Made by a program: the position numbers and the translations under genes. The notes beneath the pieces were generated by a model. The model was not told the DNA's origin. It searched no databases and was given only the letters and a program-made list of their open reading frames with translations. 36,309 nucleotides of DNA, taken from positions 1 to 36,309 of the IMG/VR virus record IMGVR_UViG_3300038797_000018. The stretch is one strand, 5' to 3'. The first letter of the stretch is position 1. Each line of letters begins with the position of its first letter. This DNA is from a virus. Its lineage: Duplodnaviria; Caudoviricetes. Positions 8,506-16,829 of the stretch are shown piece by piece.

Positions 8506-8776
8506 CGTCTTGCCCTCGGTTGTTTTCCCAATGCACCCGTCACCAGGTGCATCAGTGAAAAATTCCGTGTTGCTATCCGCCCCATGCTCGGCGCCTCGGT
8601 TTCCCCACCTGGCCGGCGTCACACATTTCGTGTTCGGTGTTATTCGCCGGCTGGCTTGCATGGTTTGGCGTCCTCCCATATGGGGAGTCCGGCAGGTTCC
8701 AGAGCCTGCATGGGGATCGAAGTTTGTGTTTCGCGCTATGCCCGTTGCCGGGGATCGATCCGCGAAGATTCCTGAC

Positions 8777-8788
8777 TGTTAAAGAGCG
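8777..8788 (-). promoter_or_regulatory. boxA antitermination element (nutL-like), CGCTCTTTAACA
   Basis: Exact consensus boxA about 45 nt downstream of the predicted pL start. Confidence 0.8.
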
Positions 8789-8839
8789 GCGGGTCTGTTG
8801 AGGCCCTTCGCAGTGGCTGTGTGTCGCTGCGATGGGTGC

Positions 8840-8891
8840 AATTTAGAAAACTTAACAAAATACGTCAACACTTATTTTAGAAAACTTAACA
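8840..8891 (-). promoter_or_regulatory. pL promoter (TTGACG-N17-TAAATT) with OL operators
   Basis: -35 at 8863-8868, -10 at 8840-8845; TTTAGAAAACTTAACA is repeated at 8842-8857 and 8876-8891. Confidence 0.82.
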
Positions 8892-8961
8892 GGCGGAGCG
8901 AATAGGTAACGGATCGCGCTCATCGCAACAGGTCTTTTTGTTTAGGAACCTTCACGCTATG

Positions 8962-8977
8962 CTGTATTTATATACAG
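8962..8977 (+). promoter_or_regulatory. LexA (SOS) box CTGTATTTATATACAG
   Basis: Perfect CTGT-N8-ACAG overlapping a -10-like TATGCT (8958-8963). Confidence 0.85.
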
Positions 8978-8997
8978 TAAAATATGGAGGGTTTTGG

Positions 8998-9312
8998 ATG
9001 ACTAAAAAGCAGGCTAAACCGGCAATGCGGCATGAGATGAGCGGGGTTGAGCGACTTGGTCTGAGGGTGTCATCAATGATCAACCACCCTATCGCGCAGG
9101 ATCAGCGGTGGGTGACGATCCATCGCCTGGATACGGATGGAGATCGGGAGTGGGAGGAGGTGATGGGCGTGCTGTCCGAAACGGACGGTATAGAAATTAC
9201 GTTCAACGACGACGATTCGGTGACACTGAAGTGGGAGGCATCATCAGAAAACGATCATGAGGTTGCGGTGCCTGACGAGTTCATGAAGGTGGAGGAGGTT
9301 GCGCCATTTTGA
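8998..9312 (+). CDS. DUF1654 family protein
   Basis: ERLGLRVSSMINHPIAQ...WVTIHRLDTD motif typical of Pseudomonas prophage DUF1654; GGAGG RBS. Confidence 0.8.
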   Translation: MTKKQAKPAMRHEMSGVERLGLRVSSMINHPIAQDQRWVTIHRLDTDGDREWEEVMGVLSETDGIEITFNDDDSVTLKWEASSENDHEVAVPDEFMKVEEVAPF

Positions 9313-9319
9313 TGGACAC

Positions 9320-9348
9320 AAAAAAGCCCGGCGCTGGGCCGGGCTTTT
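9320..9348. terminator. Bidirectional intrinsic terminator
   Basis: AAAAAAGCCCGGC-loop-GCCGGGCTTTT between convergent genes. Confidence 0.8.
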
Positions 9349-9360
9349 GGTGCAGGGAAT

Positions 9361-9867
9361 TCAGTGGGACTTTACTTCTCTCGATGCGTGCGATGCTGTG
9401 TGCGCGACGGAGGAGTATAGAGACGCTAGGGTAGGGATAGCTTTCATCCTGTTAGTCACCAGCCCAATGATGCTCAGTACTGCCACCGAAAACAGAAACA
9501 CCGGCATGCACACCAGGGAGGTCAGCGGATTCTTAGTGACGTACATTTTCACAATGGAATCAATAATCTCAGAATGCTGCGCGCTCGGCTTGCGAGGCAC
9601 ATGTCCTGCTCCGCGGATAAGTATGCTCAAAGCGAGCCACACCGGCGCCACCAAGGTCATGGCAGGCATGAAGATCCATAGCCTTGCAAAACGGTATGTC
9701 CAGTAAGCGGAGTCCCTATCGTCCTCAGAGACTTTGTGGTCTTCGAAATATTTTTCGAGCAATTCCGCGACTTTTTCTTGGTGCTTGAGCGAGGCATTCC
9801 TGCAGCTCACCCAATATAGGATCACTGCGAAGGCACAGATCAGCGCGAGAATAATCGTGCTCATCAT
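9361..9867 (-). CDS. Multi-pass membrane protein downstream of cI
   Basis: Three hydrophobic segments; ATGA coupling to 9864..10127; GGAGG RBS. Confidence 0.75.
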   Translation of the reverse strand: MMSTIILALICAFAVILYWVSCRNASLKHQEKVAELLEKYFEDHKVSEDDRDSAYWTYRFARLWIFMPAMTLVAPVWLALSILIRGAGHVPRKPSAQHSEIIDSIVKMYVTKNPLTSLVCMPVFLFSVAVLSIIGLVTNRMKAIPTLASLYSSVAHTASHASREVKSH

Positions 9868-10127
9868 TTTTTTCCTCCGGGTTTAGCTTTTAGGCGTTTT
9901 TTGCTGGCCTTTCTCGATGATTCGATCCGTTTGTCAATCTTTCGTTCGGGTTTGTTAGCAACCATCCAAACGTAAGAAATCCAAAAAGGCAGAAAACACG
10001 TCATAACGATTACAAAATACCCTAGAAACTCTGACTTGTCCCAAACCACCAGAAACAGATTTGCAACCGAATCTATTATTTTCTCTAATCCCTCAAGAGA
10101 AAACGAACGTGAGCCTTCTTCGGCCAT
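9864..10127 (-). CDS. Small membrane protein with Lys-rich C-tail downstream of cI
   Basis: Hydrophobic core FLGYFVIVMTCFLPFWISYVW; AT-rich. Confidence 0.7.
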   Translation of the reverse strand: MAEEGSRSFSLEGLEKIIDSVANLFLVVWDKSEFLGYFVIVMTCFLPFWISYVWMVANKPERKIDKRIESSRKASKKRLKAKPGGKK

Positions 10128-10205
10128 GCTTTGACATTCCCTTGATCGCTGATTTCATGAGATTTATTTTTTCTGCTTGAGCACTGAGCCTGTCTACGCC
10201 TACGC

Positions 10206-11036
10206 CTACGCTTTGCGACCGTTCCATATGAACAGAACCTTTGCGTGGATCGTCACGTCATCGATTCTGGCGGTCTGGTTTTCATAATGCTGGTTATCCG
10301 AGATGAGCCTGTAATTGTCTTCGTCCAAGCGCATTACCCGCTTGATGTACAGCTCCTGGTGCCAAGTTACGACGTAGATCCCTTCGCCAACGAACTCTTT
10401 CACGCCGCGATCAACGATCACCAGATCCTTGTCATTGATCGTGCCTTCCATCGATTGGCCCCAGCCGGTGATCATGGCTAGCGCACTGGCTGAGGTGTAC
10501 GTCACTCCCTTCTCGCGCAAGATCGCCTCACGCACCACAAGGTTGCGGACCGCCTCGTTGTACTCAGGCGGAACCTGGCCGTGGCCCATTGCGGCACGGA
10601 TGTCGTATTGAGGGATCAGGATCTCGTCGTTCGTTGGGCGCAGCACCGCGTAATTCTTCGGTAGGTATTGCTGCCCGTTTACAGCAGGGGTATCGGCTTC
10701 GGCTGCTGCCGCCAAAACCATTTCCCGCGCTTTCTCTGACAGGTTCTTCCCGGCTTTTGTCGCAAGCATGTGAGCCACCAGTTCCGCGCTGGTAGCGCCT
10801 GATTTCGGGCCATCTTGCGATGCGGCATCACCTGGCGATCCCGTTCCTTCAGACAGCCATTCAGGCGAGCACTCAAGAGCCTTCGCTAGCGCGAGAAGAT
10901 TTTTACCCTTCGCCCCATTAGTGCCGGACACCCAAAAGCTGACGGTCGCTTTGGAAACGCCAGTCGCTTTGACTATGTCCGCAGGCGTCAGGCCTAAGGC
11001 CTTCATGCGCTCGGTGATGCGGTCTTTAAATTCCAT
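10206..11036 (-). CDS. cI: CI-like repressor (XRE HTH plus S24 autopeptidase)
   Basis: HTH TPADIVKATGVSKATVSFW; catalytic GQSM and IKR motifs; divergent from cro; probably leaderless ATG at 11036. Confidence 0.92.
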   Translation of the reverse strand: MEFKDRITERMKALGLTPADIVKATGVSKATVSFWVSGTNGAKGKNLLALAKALECSPEWLSEGTGSPGDAASQDGPKSGATSAELVAHMLATKAGKNLSEKAREMVLAAAAEADTPAVNGQQYLPKNYAVLRPTNDEILIPQYDIRAAMGHGQVPPEYNEAVRNLVVREAILREKGVTYTSASALAMITGWGQSMEGTINDKDLVIVDRGVKEFVGEGIYVVTWHQELYIKRVMRLDEDNYRLISDNQHYENQTARIDDVTIHAKVLFIWNGRKA

Positions 11037-11100
11037 ATTTAGGATTCTAAACAAATCACTGTTTAGATAACTTGCCTTGTGTTGTTAAGAACTCTAAACT
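11037..11100. promoter_or_regulatory. OR region: three 16-bp operators (consensus GTTTAG-N4-CTAAAC) and pR (TTGCCT-N17-TAAACT)
   Basis: ATTTAGGATTCTAAAC 11037-11052, GTTTAGATAACTTGCC 11061-11076 and GTTAAGAACTCTAAAC 11084-11099 match the OL sites. Confidence 0.82.
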
Positions 11101-11125
11101 CGGCGTAGACACTGGAGACACAACC

Positions 11126-11335
11126 ATGACCTACGACGAAGCACTGACACATTTTGGCACTGGCCGCGCTATCGGCGACGCCCTTGGCGTGACTGGCAGC
11201 CGGGTATCTCAGTGCCGGGCCACGGGCGGCTTCTCCTACCCAATGCAATGCGTTTTGGAGAAGGAGTCGAGCGGAGCGCTGATAGCGAAACGCGAAGACG
11301 ATCCCGCCCAGGCGCTCAAGAAATCCGCCGCATAA
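11126..11335 (+). CDS. cro: Cro-like repressor (69 aa)
   Basis: MTYDEALTHFG...AIGDALGVTGSRVSQ HTH; GGAG RBS; divergent from cI. Confidence 0.85.
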   Translation: MTYDEALTHFGTGRAIGDALGVTGSRVSQCRATGGFSYPMQCVLEKESSGALIAKREDDPAQALKKSAA

Positions 11336-11367
11336 CCATTTTTCCATCACCAAGGAGCATCACCCGT

Positions 11368-11580
11368 ATGGCCTTTGACAACCCGGCCCACAAACGTAGC
11401 GAAGTGATCAAGACCCGTCACAAGCCCGAGGAAGCTCGGAAGTTGCGCATGGAAGCCCGTTTGGCCGGCATGCAGTTGGCGACCTACGTCTACGAGCTGG
11501 CGAACCTGGCTCGCAGCCTGGGCGCCGCCGATCTTCTTCGAGAACACCACGGGGCCAGCAAGCAGGATAAATCGGCTTAA
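11368..11580 (+). CDS. Small DNA-binding regulator in the cII position (ribbon-helix-helix-like)
   Basis: AAGGAG RBS; beta-helix-helix pattern VIKTR...EARKLRMEA...GMQLATYVYE. Confidence 0.65.
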   Translation: MAFDNPAHKRSEVIKTRHKPEEARKLRMEARLAGMQLATYVYELANLARSLGAADLLREHHGASKQDKSA

Positions 11581-11598
11581 GACCCCTATGGAGGGCCT

Positions 11599-11805
11599 AT
11601 GCCTGAAACAACATTCGAAATGCTGCCGCTGGAGGTGCAGGAAGAGGTTCGACAGCTGAGTGTCGATCTCGGATGGAGCCTTGAAAGAGCGGCAGATGAA
11701 TACCTTGAGATGGGCAGGTCGCTAGCGCTTCAAGCCCAGCTCAAACAGGTACGGCGAAAAGCACCTGTGCTTTCGCTGGTAGGACACAAAAAGGGCCTCG
11801 ATTAG
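11599..11805 (+). CDS. Hypothetical phage protein (68 aa)
   Basis: GGAGG RBS. Confidence 0.65.
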   Translation: MPETTFEMLPLEVQEEVRQLSVDLGWSLERAADEYLEMGRSLALQAQLKQVRRKAPVLSLVGHKKGLD

Positions 11806-11902
11806 GACTCTTTGTGAACACAGAAGGGGCAGTCACTTTCCTTCGGACGAAAAAAAGCCGGGATTGCAGCCCGGCTCTCTTAAATCGCTTGTGGAGCAAA
11901 TC

Positions 11903-12574
11903 ATGCACCAATCAATCCAAACGATCAATACCCCGGCCAGTGTCGCGACACAATTTGGCAACGGTGAAAACGTGTCGCGTACAGATGAAATCGCCCGGGA
12001 GATTCTTTCAATCCAGGCGGGTACAGCGCCAATGGGTGTCGTTTATGAATGGGCCTTCAAGGTCGTTGCACTCGCAAGCCAGAAGGTCGGATCAATTGAT
12101 CTAGGCGACTTAGACCACATGGATCGTGCCCAGGCTCGCGCTGCTCTGGATGAGATTGAATCCGGACGCGAATACCTGCGTGGGATTGCGCCGGCGTTTG
12201 ACAACTACCCGTATATCGCTGCGGTGATGAAATTTCACCTGAGCGCTCTCTTCTACGCGGAAGCAACGCTGATTCCTTTCTACATCCTCACCAACAAGAC
12301 CGCCGTAGCGCGCAAAGACGAATCAACCAGCACCTACATCGTTCGGCACCCCATGACGGGCCTGATCAAGATTGGACGCACGAACGATGTTCCTGGCCGT
12401 CTCAAATCTCTGCAAACGGGAGCCGGGGCCATTCTCGCTACGCTGGCGGTGATACCGAGCGACGTTGAAAGCAAACTGCACAAAAAATTTGCGGCCTTTC
12501 GGCGGCATGGTGAGTGGTTCGAGGATGTTGGCGGTGCTATCAGCGACTACGCGAAAACCATGGAGGCTGCGTAA
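11903..12574 (+). CDS. T5orf172 / GIY-YIG-like domain protein (antirepressor-type position)
   Basis: C-terminal YIV...IKIGRT...RLKSLQTG...ESKLHKKF...GEWF; GGAG RBS before the ATG at 11903. Confidence 0.82.
   Translation: MHQSIQTINTPASVATQFGNGENVSRTDEIAREILSIQAGTAPMGVVYEWAFKVVALASQKVGSIDLGDLDHMDRAQARAALDEIESGREYLRGIAPAFDNYPYIAAVMKFHLSALFYAEATLIPFYILTNKTAVARKDESTSTYIVRHPMTGLIKIGRTNDVPGRLKSLQTGAGAILATLAVIPSDVESKLHKKFAAFRRHGEWFEDVGGAISDYAKTMEAA
11940..11979 (+). repeat. Dispersed motif copy B: GTGTCGCGACAC-N20-GTGTCGCG
   Basis: Read directly. Confidence 0.8.
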
Positions 12575-13380
12575 TGGCCCGTGCACGCAACATCAAACCC
12601 GCATTGTTCAAGAACGAAATCCTTGGCGTAGCCGACCCAATGGCAACGCTTCTGTTCGAAGGGCTGTGGCTGCTCGCCGACAAAGCTGGCCGCCTCGAAG
12701 ATCGCCCGATACGAATCAAGGGGGAGCTTTTCCCGTACCGCGATGGGCTGGACGTTGAGGGGCTTTTGAGGTTCCTCGCAAACGAAGGTTTTATTGTTCG
12801 GTACTCAGTCGGACCGAAGCGTTACATCCAGGTTGAGAACTTCGACAAACATCAGAACCCGCATCGTAATGAACCGGAGTCAGTTATCCCTTCTGTATCA
12901 GAGGGTTGTATCACTACCGATTTTGGCGGAAGTACTTCTGCCATTCTCGGTAGCGCTCCGGCTGATTCTCTGATTCCTGATTCCGGATCCCTGACTGCTG
13001 ATTCCCTCACCGCGTCAACGCCTTCGGCATTGCCGACTTCGCCGAGTGACGACCTCTTCCCGAAGTTCTGGAAGATGTACCCGAACAAGAAGGGTAAGGC
13101 CGCAGCTGAAAAAGCCTGGAAGAAGCTCAAGGTCACTACTGACCTGTTCCGCCAGATTGCCGAAGGCCTGGCTGCCCAAGTCGTTTGCGAGGCGTGGGTC
13201 AAGGACGGCGGCCAGTTCATTCCTCACCCGGCGACATGGCTGAACGGCAAGCGCTGGGAAGACGAGGTGAAAGTGGCCAGCAATGTGCACCCGTTCCCGC
13301 AATCCCGTCACACCGGCTTCGCTGAACGCGACTATCACGCCGGCCTGAAACAACGGGAGGACGGCAGCTATGCGCTCTGA
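12574..13380 (+). CDS. Phage replication initiator (O-like)
   Basis: MARARNIKP N-terminus; FWKMYP-K-GK--A-KAW and HPATWLNGKRWED C-terminal motifs; upstream of the helicase loader. Confidence 0.85.
   Translation: MARARNIKPALFKNEILGVADPMATLLFEGLWLLADKAGRLEDRPIRIKGELFPYRDGLDVEGLLRFLANEGFIVRYSVGPKRYIQVENFDKHQNPHRNEPESVIPSVSEGCITTDFGGSTSAILGSAPADSLIPDSGSLTADSLTASTPSALPTSPSDDLFPKFWKMYPNKKGKAAAEKAWKKLKVTTDLFRQIAEGLAAQVVCEAWVKDGGQFIPHPATWLNGKRWEDEVKVASNVHPFPQSRHTGFAERDYHAGLKQREDGSYAL
12960..13008 (+). repeat. CTGA(T/C)T(C/G) short tandem repeats inside the initiator gene; probably part of the phage origin
   Basis: gctgattctctgattcctgattccggatccctgactgctgattccc; lambdoid origins lie within O. Confidence 0.5.
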
Positions 13381-14176
13381 GCCAGTCCAAGCCAGTCCCG
13401 AACTGCCGCCGGGCACTCGCATCCAGCCAGCCGAGTGCGAAACCCACGGCGCCTACGAGCAGAAGGTCTATGCGGTGCTGGGCCGCGAGCTGAAGAGCAA
13501 CTGCCCCGAATGCAGCCGTATCGCCCGGGAGAAGTCCGAAGCAGCTGAGCAAGCCAATAAGTCGATGGAACTGCGCATGTCCCTCGCTCGCAAGCTGGGC
13601 GATGCGTTGATCCCGAAACGCTTTACCACTCGCACCCTGGGCAACTACCAGGCCGAGAACGACGGCCAGCGTAAGGCCCTCCGGTTCTGCCAGCACTACG
13701 TGCAGATCTTCGACGAGATCCTGAAGACGGGTCGCTGCATGGTGCTGATCGGCAAGCCCGGTACCGGGAAAACGCACCTCGGCGCCGGCATGGCCAACGA
13801 GCTGCTGCACAACACGTCGCGCACGGCCGTGTACCGCACTGTCGGCGCAATCCTTCAGGCGATCCGCTCCACGTACGACAAGCACAGCGAACGCAGCGAG
13901 GCCGAGATTCTGTCGAGCCTGATCGATCCCGATCTGCTGGTGCTGGACGAGGTAGGCGTGAGCAAGGAGCAGCCGAGCGACTTCGAGCTGACGACCCTGT
14001 TCGCAATCATCAATGGCCGGTACGAGCAGGAGCGCCCGACAGTGGTGATCTCCAACCTCGAAGCCAGCCAGTTGCCGGCCGCCATGGGTGACCGCTGCGT
14101 CGACCGCTTGCGCGAGGGCGGAATGATCGTGGTCCCGTTCGATTGGGAATCTCAGCGCGGCAAGGAGGGTTTCTGA
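13370..14176 (+). CDS. DnaC/IstB-like AAA+ helicase loader
   Basis: Zn motif CETHG...CPEC, Walker A GKPGTGKT, Walker B LLVLDEVG, DRL sensor. Confidence 0.92.
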   Translation: MRSEPVQASPELPPGTRIQPAECETHGAYEQKVYAVLGRELKSNCPECSRIAREKSEAAEQANKSMELRMSLARKLGDALIPKRFTTRTLGNYQAENDGQRKALRFCQHYVQIFDEILKTGRCMVLIGKPGTGKTHLGAGMANELLHNTSRTAVYRTVGAILQAIRSTYDKHSERSEAEILSSLIDPDLLVLDEVGVSKEQPSDFELTTLFAIINGRYEQERPTVVISNLEASQLPAAMGDRCVDRLREGGMIVVPFDWESQRGKEGF

Positions 14177-14177
14177 A

Positions 14178-14402
14178 ATGACCATCGACAAACAAAAACT
14201 CCAGAAGCTGCTGTGGGCCGAAGCCGCGTCCTACCGTGCTGACTGCGCAGACTGGAAGCGCAACACCGAGGCGCTTCAGGAATTCCTCGGGGAGAAGACC
14301 GTGGAGGAGGTGGCGCTGGAGCTGCTGGCGGAGAACGAGCGACTGACAAAGCAGCTCGGTGAACTGATCGACGGGCTCTCAAGCCAATTGGTGCAGCCAT
14401 GA
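14178..14402 (+). CDS. Hypothetical phage protein (74 aa)
   Basis: GGAGG RBS; coupled to the next ORF. Confidence 0.7.
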   Translation: MTIDKQKLQKLLWAEAASYRADCADWKRNTEALQEFLGEKTVEEVALELLAENERLTKQLGELIDGLSSQLVQP

Positions 14403-14875
14403 ATCCACTGATCGTTCGACAGATGCAACCGTGCCCGGTGAGTTGCGTTTCAACGTGCCTCGCGATGCTTGCCGGTCGACCTGCTGCTGAGGTCATCGAT
14501 GAGCTGCACAATCCATACCGTGAGGGCGAGCTGACCATGCGCGAAATGCTCGAATACCTCGGGATAAAATACACGGCGTTTTTCAGTGTCGACAACCCGC
14601 CCCTGGCGGACGAGGGCGTTTATCTCTGCACGGCGCCGTCACTCAATATCGAAGCTGGCAATCACCAGATCCTGATCGAGGTGACCGGTGGGGGTTACTT
14701 TGTGATTGACCCGGTCCAAGGCCGCGAGGATCGCAAGTATTACGTGCCGCGCGGCCAGGGCAACGGTGATCCGCTTGCAATCGATATCGGAGGGTTCGTC
14801 GTCGATGCGTTCGTCTCACGTTCCCACCTGGTGGAGAAATACACGAACGCTATGGCGACGGAGGTTGCGGCATGA
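14399..14875 (+). CDS. Peptidase C39-like (papain-fold) protein
   Basis: Q-x4-SC-x2-TCLAM, later H (NHQILI) and D (VIDP). Confidence 0.6.
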   Translation: MNPLIVRQMQPCPVSCVSTCLAMLAGRPAAEVIDELHNPYREGELTMREMLEYLGIKYTAFFSVDNPPLADEGVYLCTAPSLNIEAGNHQILIEVTGGGYFVIDPVQGREDRKYYVPRGQGNGDPLAIDIGGFVVDAFVSRSHLVEKYTNAMATEVAA

Positions 14876-15270
14876 AAGAGTTCGCAATCCGCAGCCAGCG
14901 CGATATCAGCCGCCTCATGGGCGTTCTCCACGCCACCGACTTCACCAAGCCGAAGATCGTGGTCATCAAGGACGAGAAACGCCCTGACATCTGCAACCGC
15001 AAGATGTGGGCAATGCTCAAGGACGTCTCCGAGCAAGTGATCTGGCACGGCAAGAAGCTGACCAGTGAAGACTGGAAGTGCCTTTTCAGCGCCTCACTGG
15101 AGAAGCAGCGCGCGGAGCCAGGCCTCGACGGTGGCTTCGTCGTGATGGCCGTATCGACCCGCAAGCAATCGCAGAAGTGGTTCAGCGATCTGTTCGAGCT
15201 GATGCATGCCTTCGGCGCAGAGCATGACGTTCGCTGGACTGAGCAGGATAAGTGGGGAGGGCGGTATTGA
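14872..15270 (+). CDS. ninB: NinB-like recombination protein
   Basis: NRKMWAMLKDVSEQVIWHG...EDWK...STRK...FSDLFELMHAFGAE motifs. Confidence 0.88.
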   Translation: MKEFAIRSQRDISRLMGVLHATDFTKPKIVVIKDEKRPDICNRKMWAMLKDVSEQVIWHGKKLTSEDWKCLFSASLEKQRAEPGLDGGFVVMAVSTRKQSQKWFSDLFELMHAFGAEHDVRWTEQDKWGGRY

Positions 15271-15860
15271 TGCGCATAGCCATCAAGGAATCGAAGGCGC
15301 CCAAGCCGAAGAAGTGCAAGAACCCAGCGTGCGGGGATTCATTCGTCCCGCAGCGCCTCGGACAGGCGGTATGTGGGTACAAGTGCGGTCTGGCCATCAA
15401 GGACGTCAATCAGGCGAAGGCCGGCAAGGCGTTGGCCCAGATTGGTCGCCGCGAGATCCAGGTGCGCAAGGAAAAGCTGAAGAGCAGGGCGGATCACCTG
15501 CGCGAAGCTCAGGCGGTCTTCAACGAGTGGGTTCGCCTGCGTGACGCCGATCAACCTTGTATCAGTTGCGGTCGGCACCACGAAGGCCAATACCACGCAG
15601 GGCACTACCGATCCGTAGGAGCGAACCCTGAGTTGCGATTCGAGCCGCTCAATGTGTGGAAGCAGTGCGCCCCATGCAACACGCACCTGTCAGGCAATCT
15701 GGTGAACTACCGGATCTCACTCCTACAGGGAATCGGCGCCGAAAAAGTCGAATGGCTTGAAGGGCCTCATGAGCCCCGCAAGTACACCGTCGAAGAAATC
15801 AAAACCATCAAGGCCGAATACCGGGCCAAGACCCGCGAAATGAAGAGGGCTGCAGCATGA
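15270..15860 (+). CDS. ninG: NinG/Rap-like HNH junction endonuclease
   Basis: AQAVFNEWVRLRD, CISCG, HAGHYRS, LRF, QCAPCN motifs. Confidence 0.92.
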   Translation: MRIAIKESKAPKPKKCKNPACGDSFVPQRLGQAVCGYKCGLAIKDVNQAKAGKALAQIGRREIQVRKEKLKSRADHLREAQAVFNEWVRLRDADQPCISCGRHHEGQYHAGHYRSVGANPELRFEPLNVWKQCAPCNTHLSGNLVNYRISLLQGIGAEKVEWLEGPHEPRKYTVEEIKTIKAEYRAKTREMKRAAA

Positions 15861-16402
15861 CCTATCGCAACGTGATTTCCGCCGTAGTCCGCGCGCTGGC
15901 CGCCGAGACGATCAGCTCTGCAGGAGGCTGCGACTTTGAGCCCAAGGTGCAGTGCGCCAAGCAGAAAGGGGAGATCGTCGGCAAAGAAGCCGCGCTGCTC
16001 CAAGATTGCTGGGTGTTCGGACGCCTGCACAAGGCGCTCACGCCGGCGCACTGGCGTGCTCTGGTAGCGAAATACTCGACACACGAAGAGCGCAAGCACA
16101 GCGCGATTCTCGGGCTGCTGAGTTCTGTGAAGTCGCCAGCACCGCAACGGTTCCGTGAGTGTGCCGTGCTGACCTGGGCAATACCGCAGGTTGGTGGTAC
16201 TGACGGGAAGCGCTCATCTGCGGTGCTGCCTGCCGCCTGGTATGACATCACTAACTGGGACAACGACGGCAAGCCTGAATCGACCCGGTACCGGTGGAGA
16301 TCTTCGATCCGAAAGGCGCTGGACGATCAGGTGAATGAGGCGCTCACAGCGGCGCAGGAACTGCTCGATGCGGAGGGCTTAATCGAAAGTTGCGCGGCGT
16401 AG
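15857..16402 (+). CDS. Putative late-gene antiterminator/activator (Q position)
   Basis: Last gene of the nin region, directly before a promoter-terminator unit; HTH-like PESTRYRWR near the C-terminus; assignment is positional. Confidence 0.6.
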   Translation: MTYRNVISAVVRALAAETISSAGGCDFEPKVQCAKQKGEIVGKEAALLQDCWVFGRLHKALTPAHWRALVAKYSTHEERKHSAILGLLSSVKSPAPQRFRECAVLTWAIPQVGGTDGKRSSAVLPAAWYDITNWDNDGKPESTRYRWRSSIRKALDDQVNEALTAAQELLDAEGLIESCAA

Positions 16403-16412
16403 CAAAAAGCCA

Positions 16413-16511
16413 TTGCAATGAGTGAGAAAGTGAGAGAATATTTACCCATCCTGTCGATCTTGCGCGTTAGGGATTGACATAGAAAACCCGGCCAACGTGC
16501 CGGGTTTTTTG
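16413..16511 (+). promoter_or_regulatory. Putative late promoter pR' and terminator tR'
   Basis: TTGCAA at 16413-16418 with a weak -10 near 16436; hairpin AAAACCCGGC-loop-GCCGGGTTTTTT at 16483-16510. Confidence 0.55.
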
Positions 16512-16739
16512 TTATGGAATCTCAACAAACGTAACGTCGGTATACCCGGCATCCTCGCACAGAGACTTCCACGTCTGCAGCGCTTCACCCTCCGCTTGAT
16601 CATCTGAATGCGAGAGGTAGAAGCGTGAAGCCACAAGACGCCACTCTTCGTGATCGTAAAAATTCTCAGTTTGTACGCTGAACGTGTTTCTCTCGCCGTT
16701 CTTGGTGTAGCTGATTTCAAAGGTTCGTAACTTCGGCAT
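16512..16739 (-). CDS. Moron: hypothetical protein (75 aa, MPKLRTFEISYTKNGERN...)
   Basis: GAGGG RBS; flanked by two terminators; antisense to the late operon. Confidence 0.6.
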   Translation of the reverse strand: MPKLRTFEISYTKNGERNTFSVQTENFYDHEEWRLVASRFYLSHSDDQAEGEALQTWKSLCEDAGYTDVTFVEIP

Positions 16740-16791
16740 TCTTCCCTCGCTGGTGTTGCCATTTGAATGGCTGAAATTCAAATTTAGTACA

Positions 16792-16821
16792 AGAGCTCGC
16801 CTCAAGGCGGGCTTTTTTATT
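16792..16821 (+). terminator. Intrinsic terminator
   Basis: GAGCTCGCC-TCAA-GGCGGGCTTTTTT. Confidence 0.75.
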
Positions 16822-16829
16822 CCCTCAAA

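Noticed and set aside
13217-14191. 324-aa minus-strand ORF
   Set aside because: Shadow of the DnaC-like gene.
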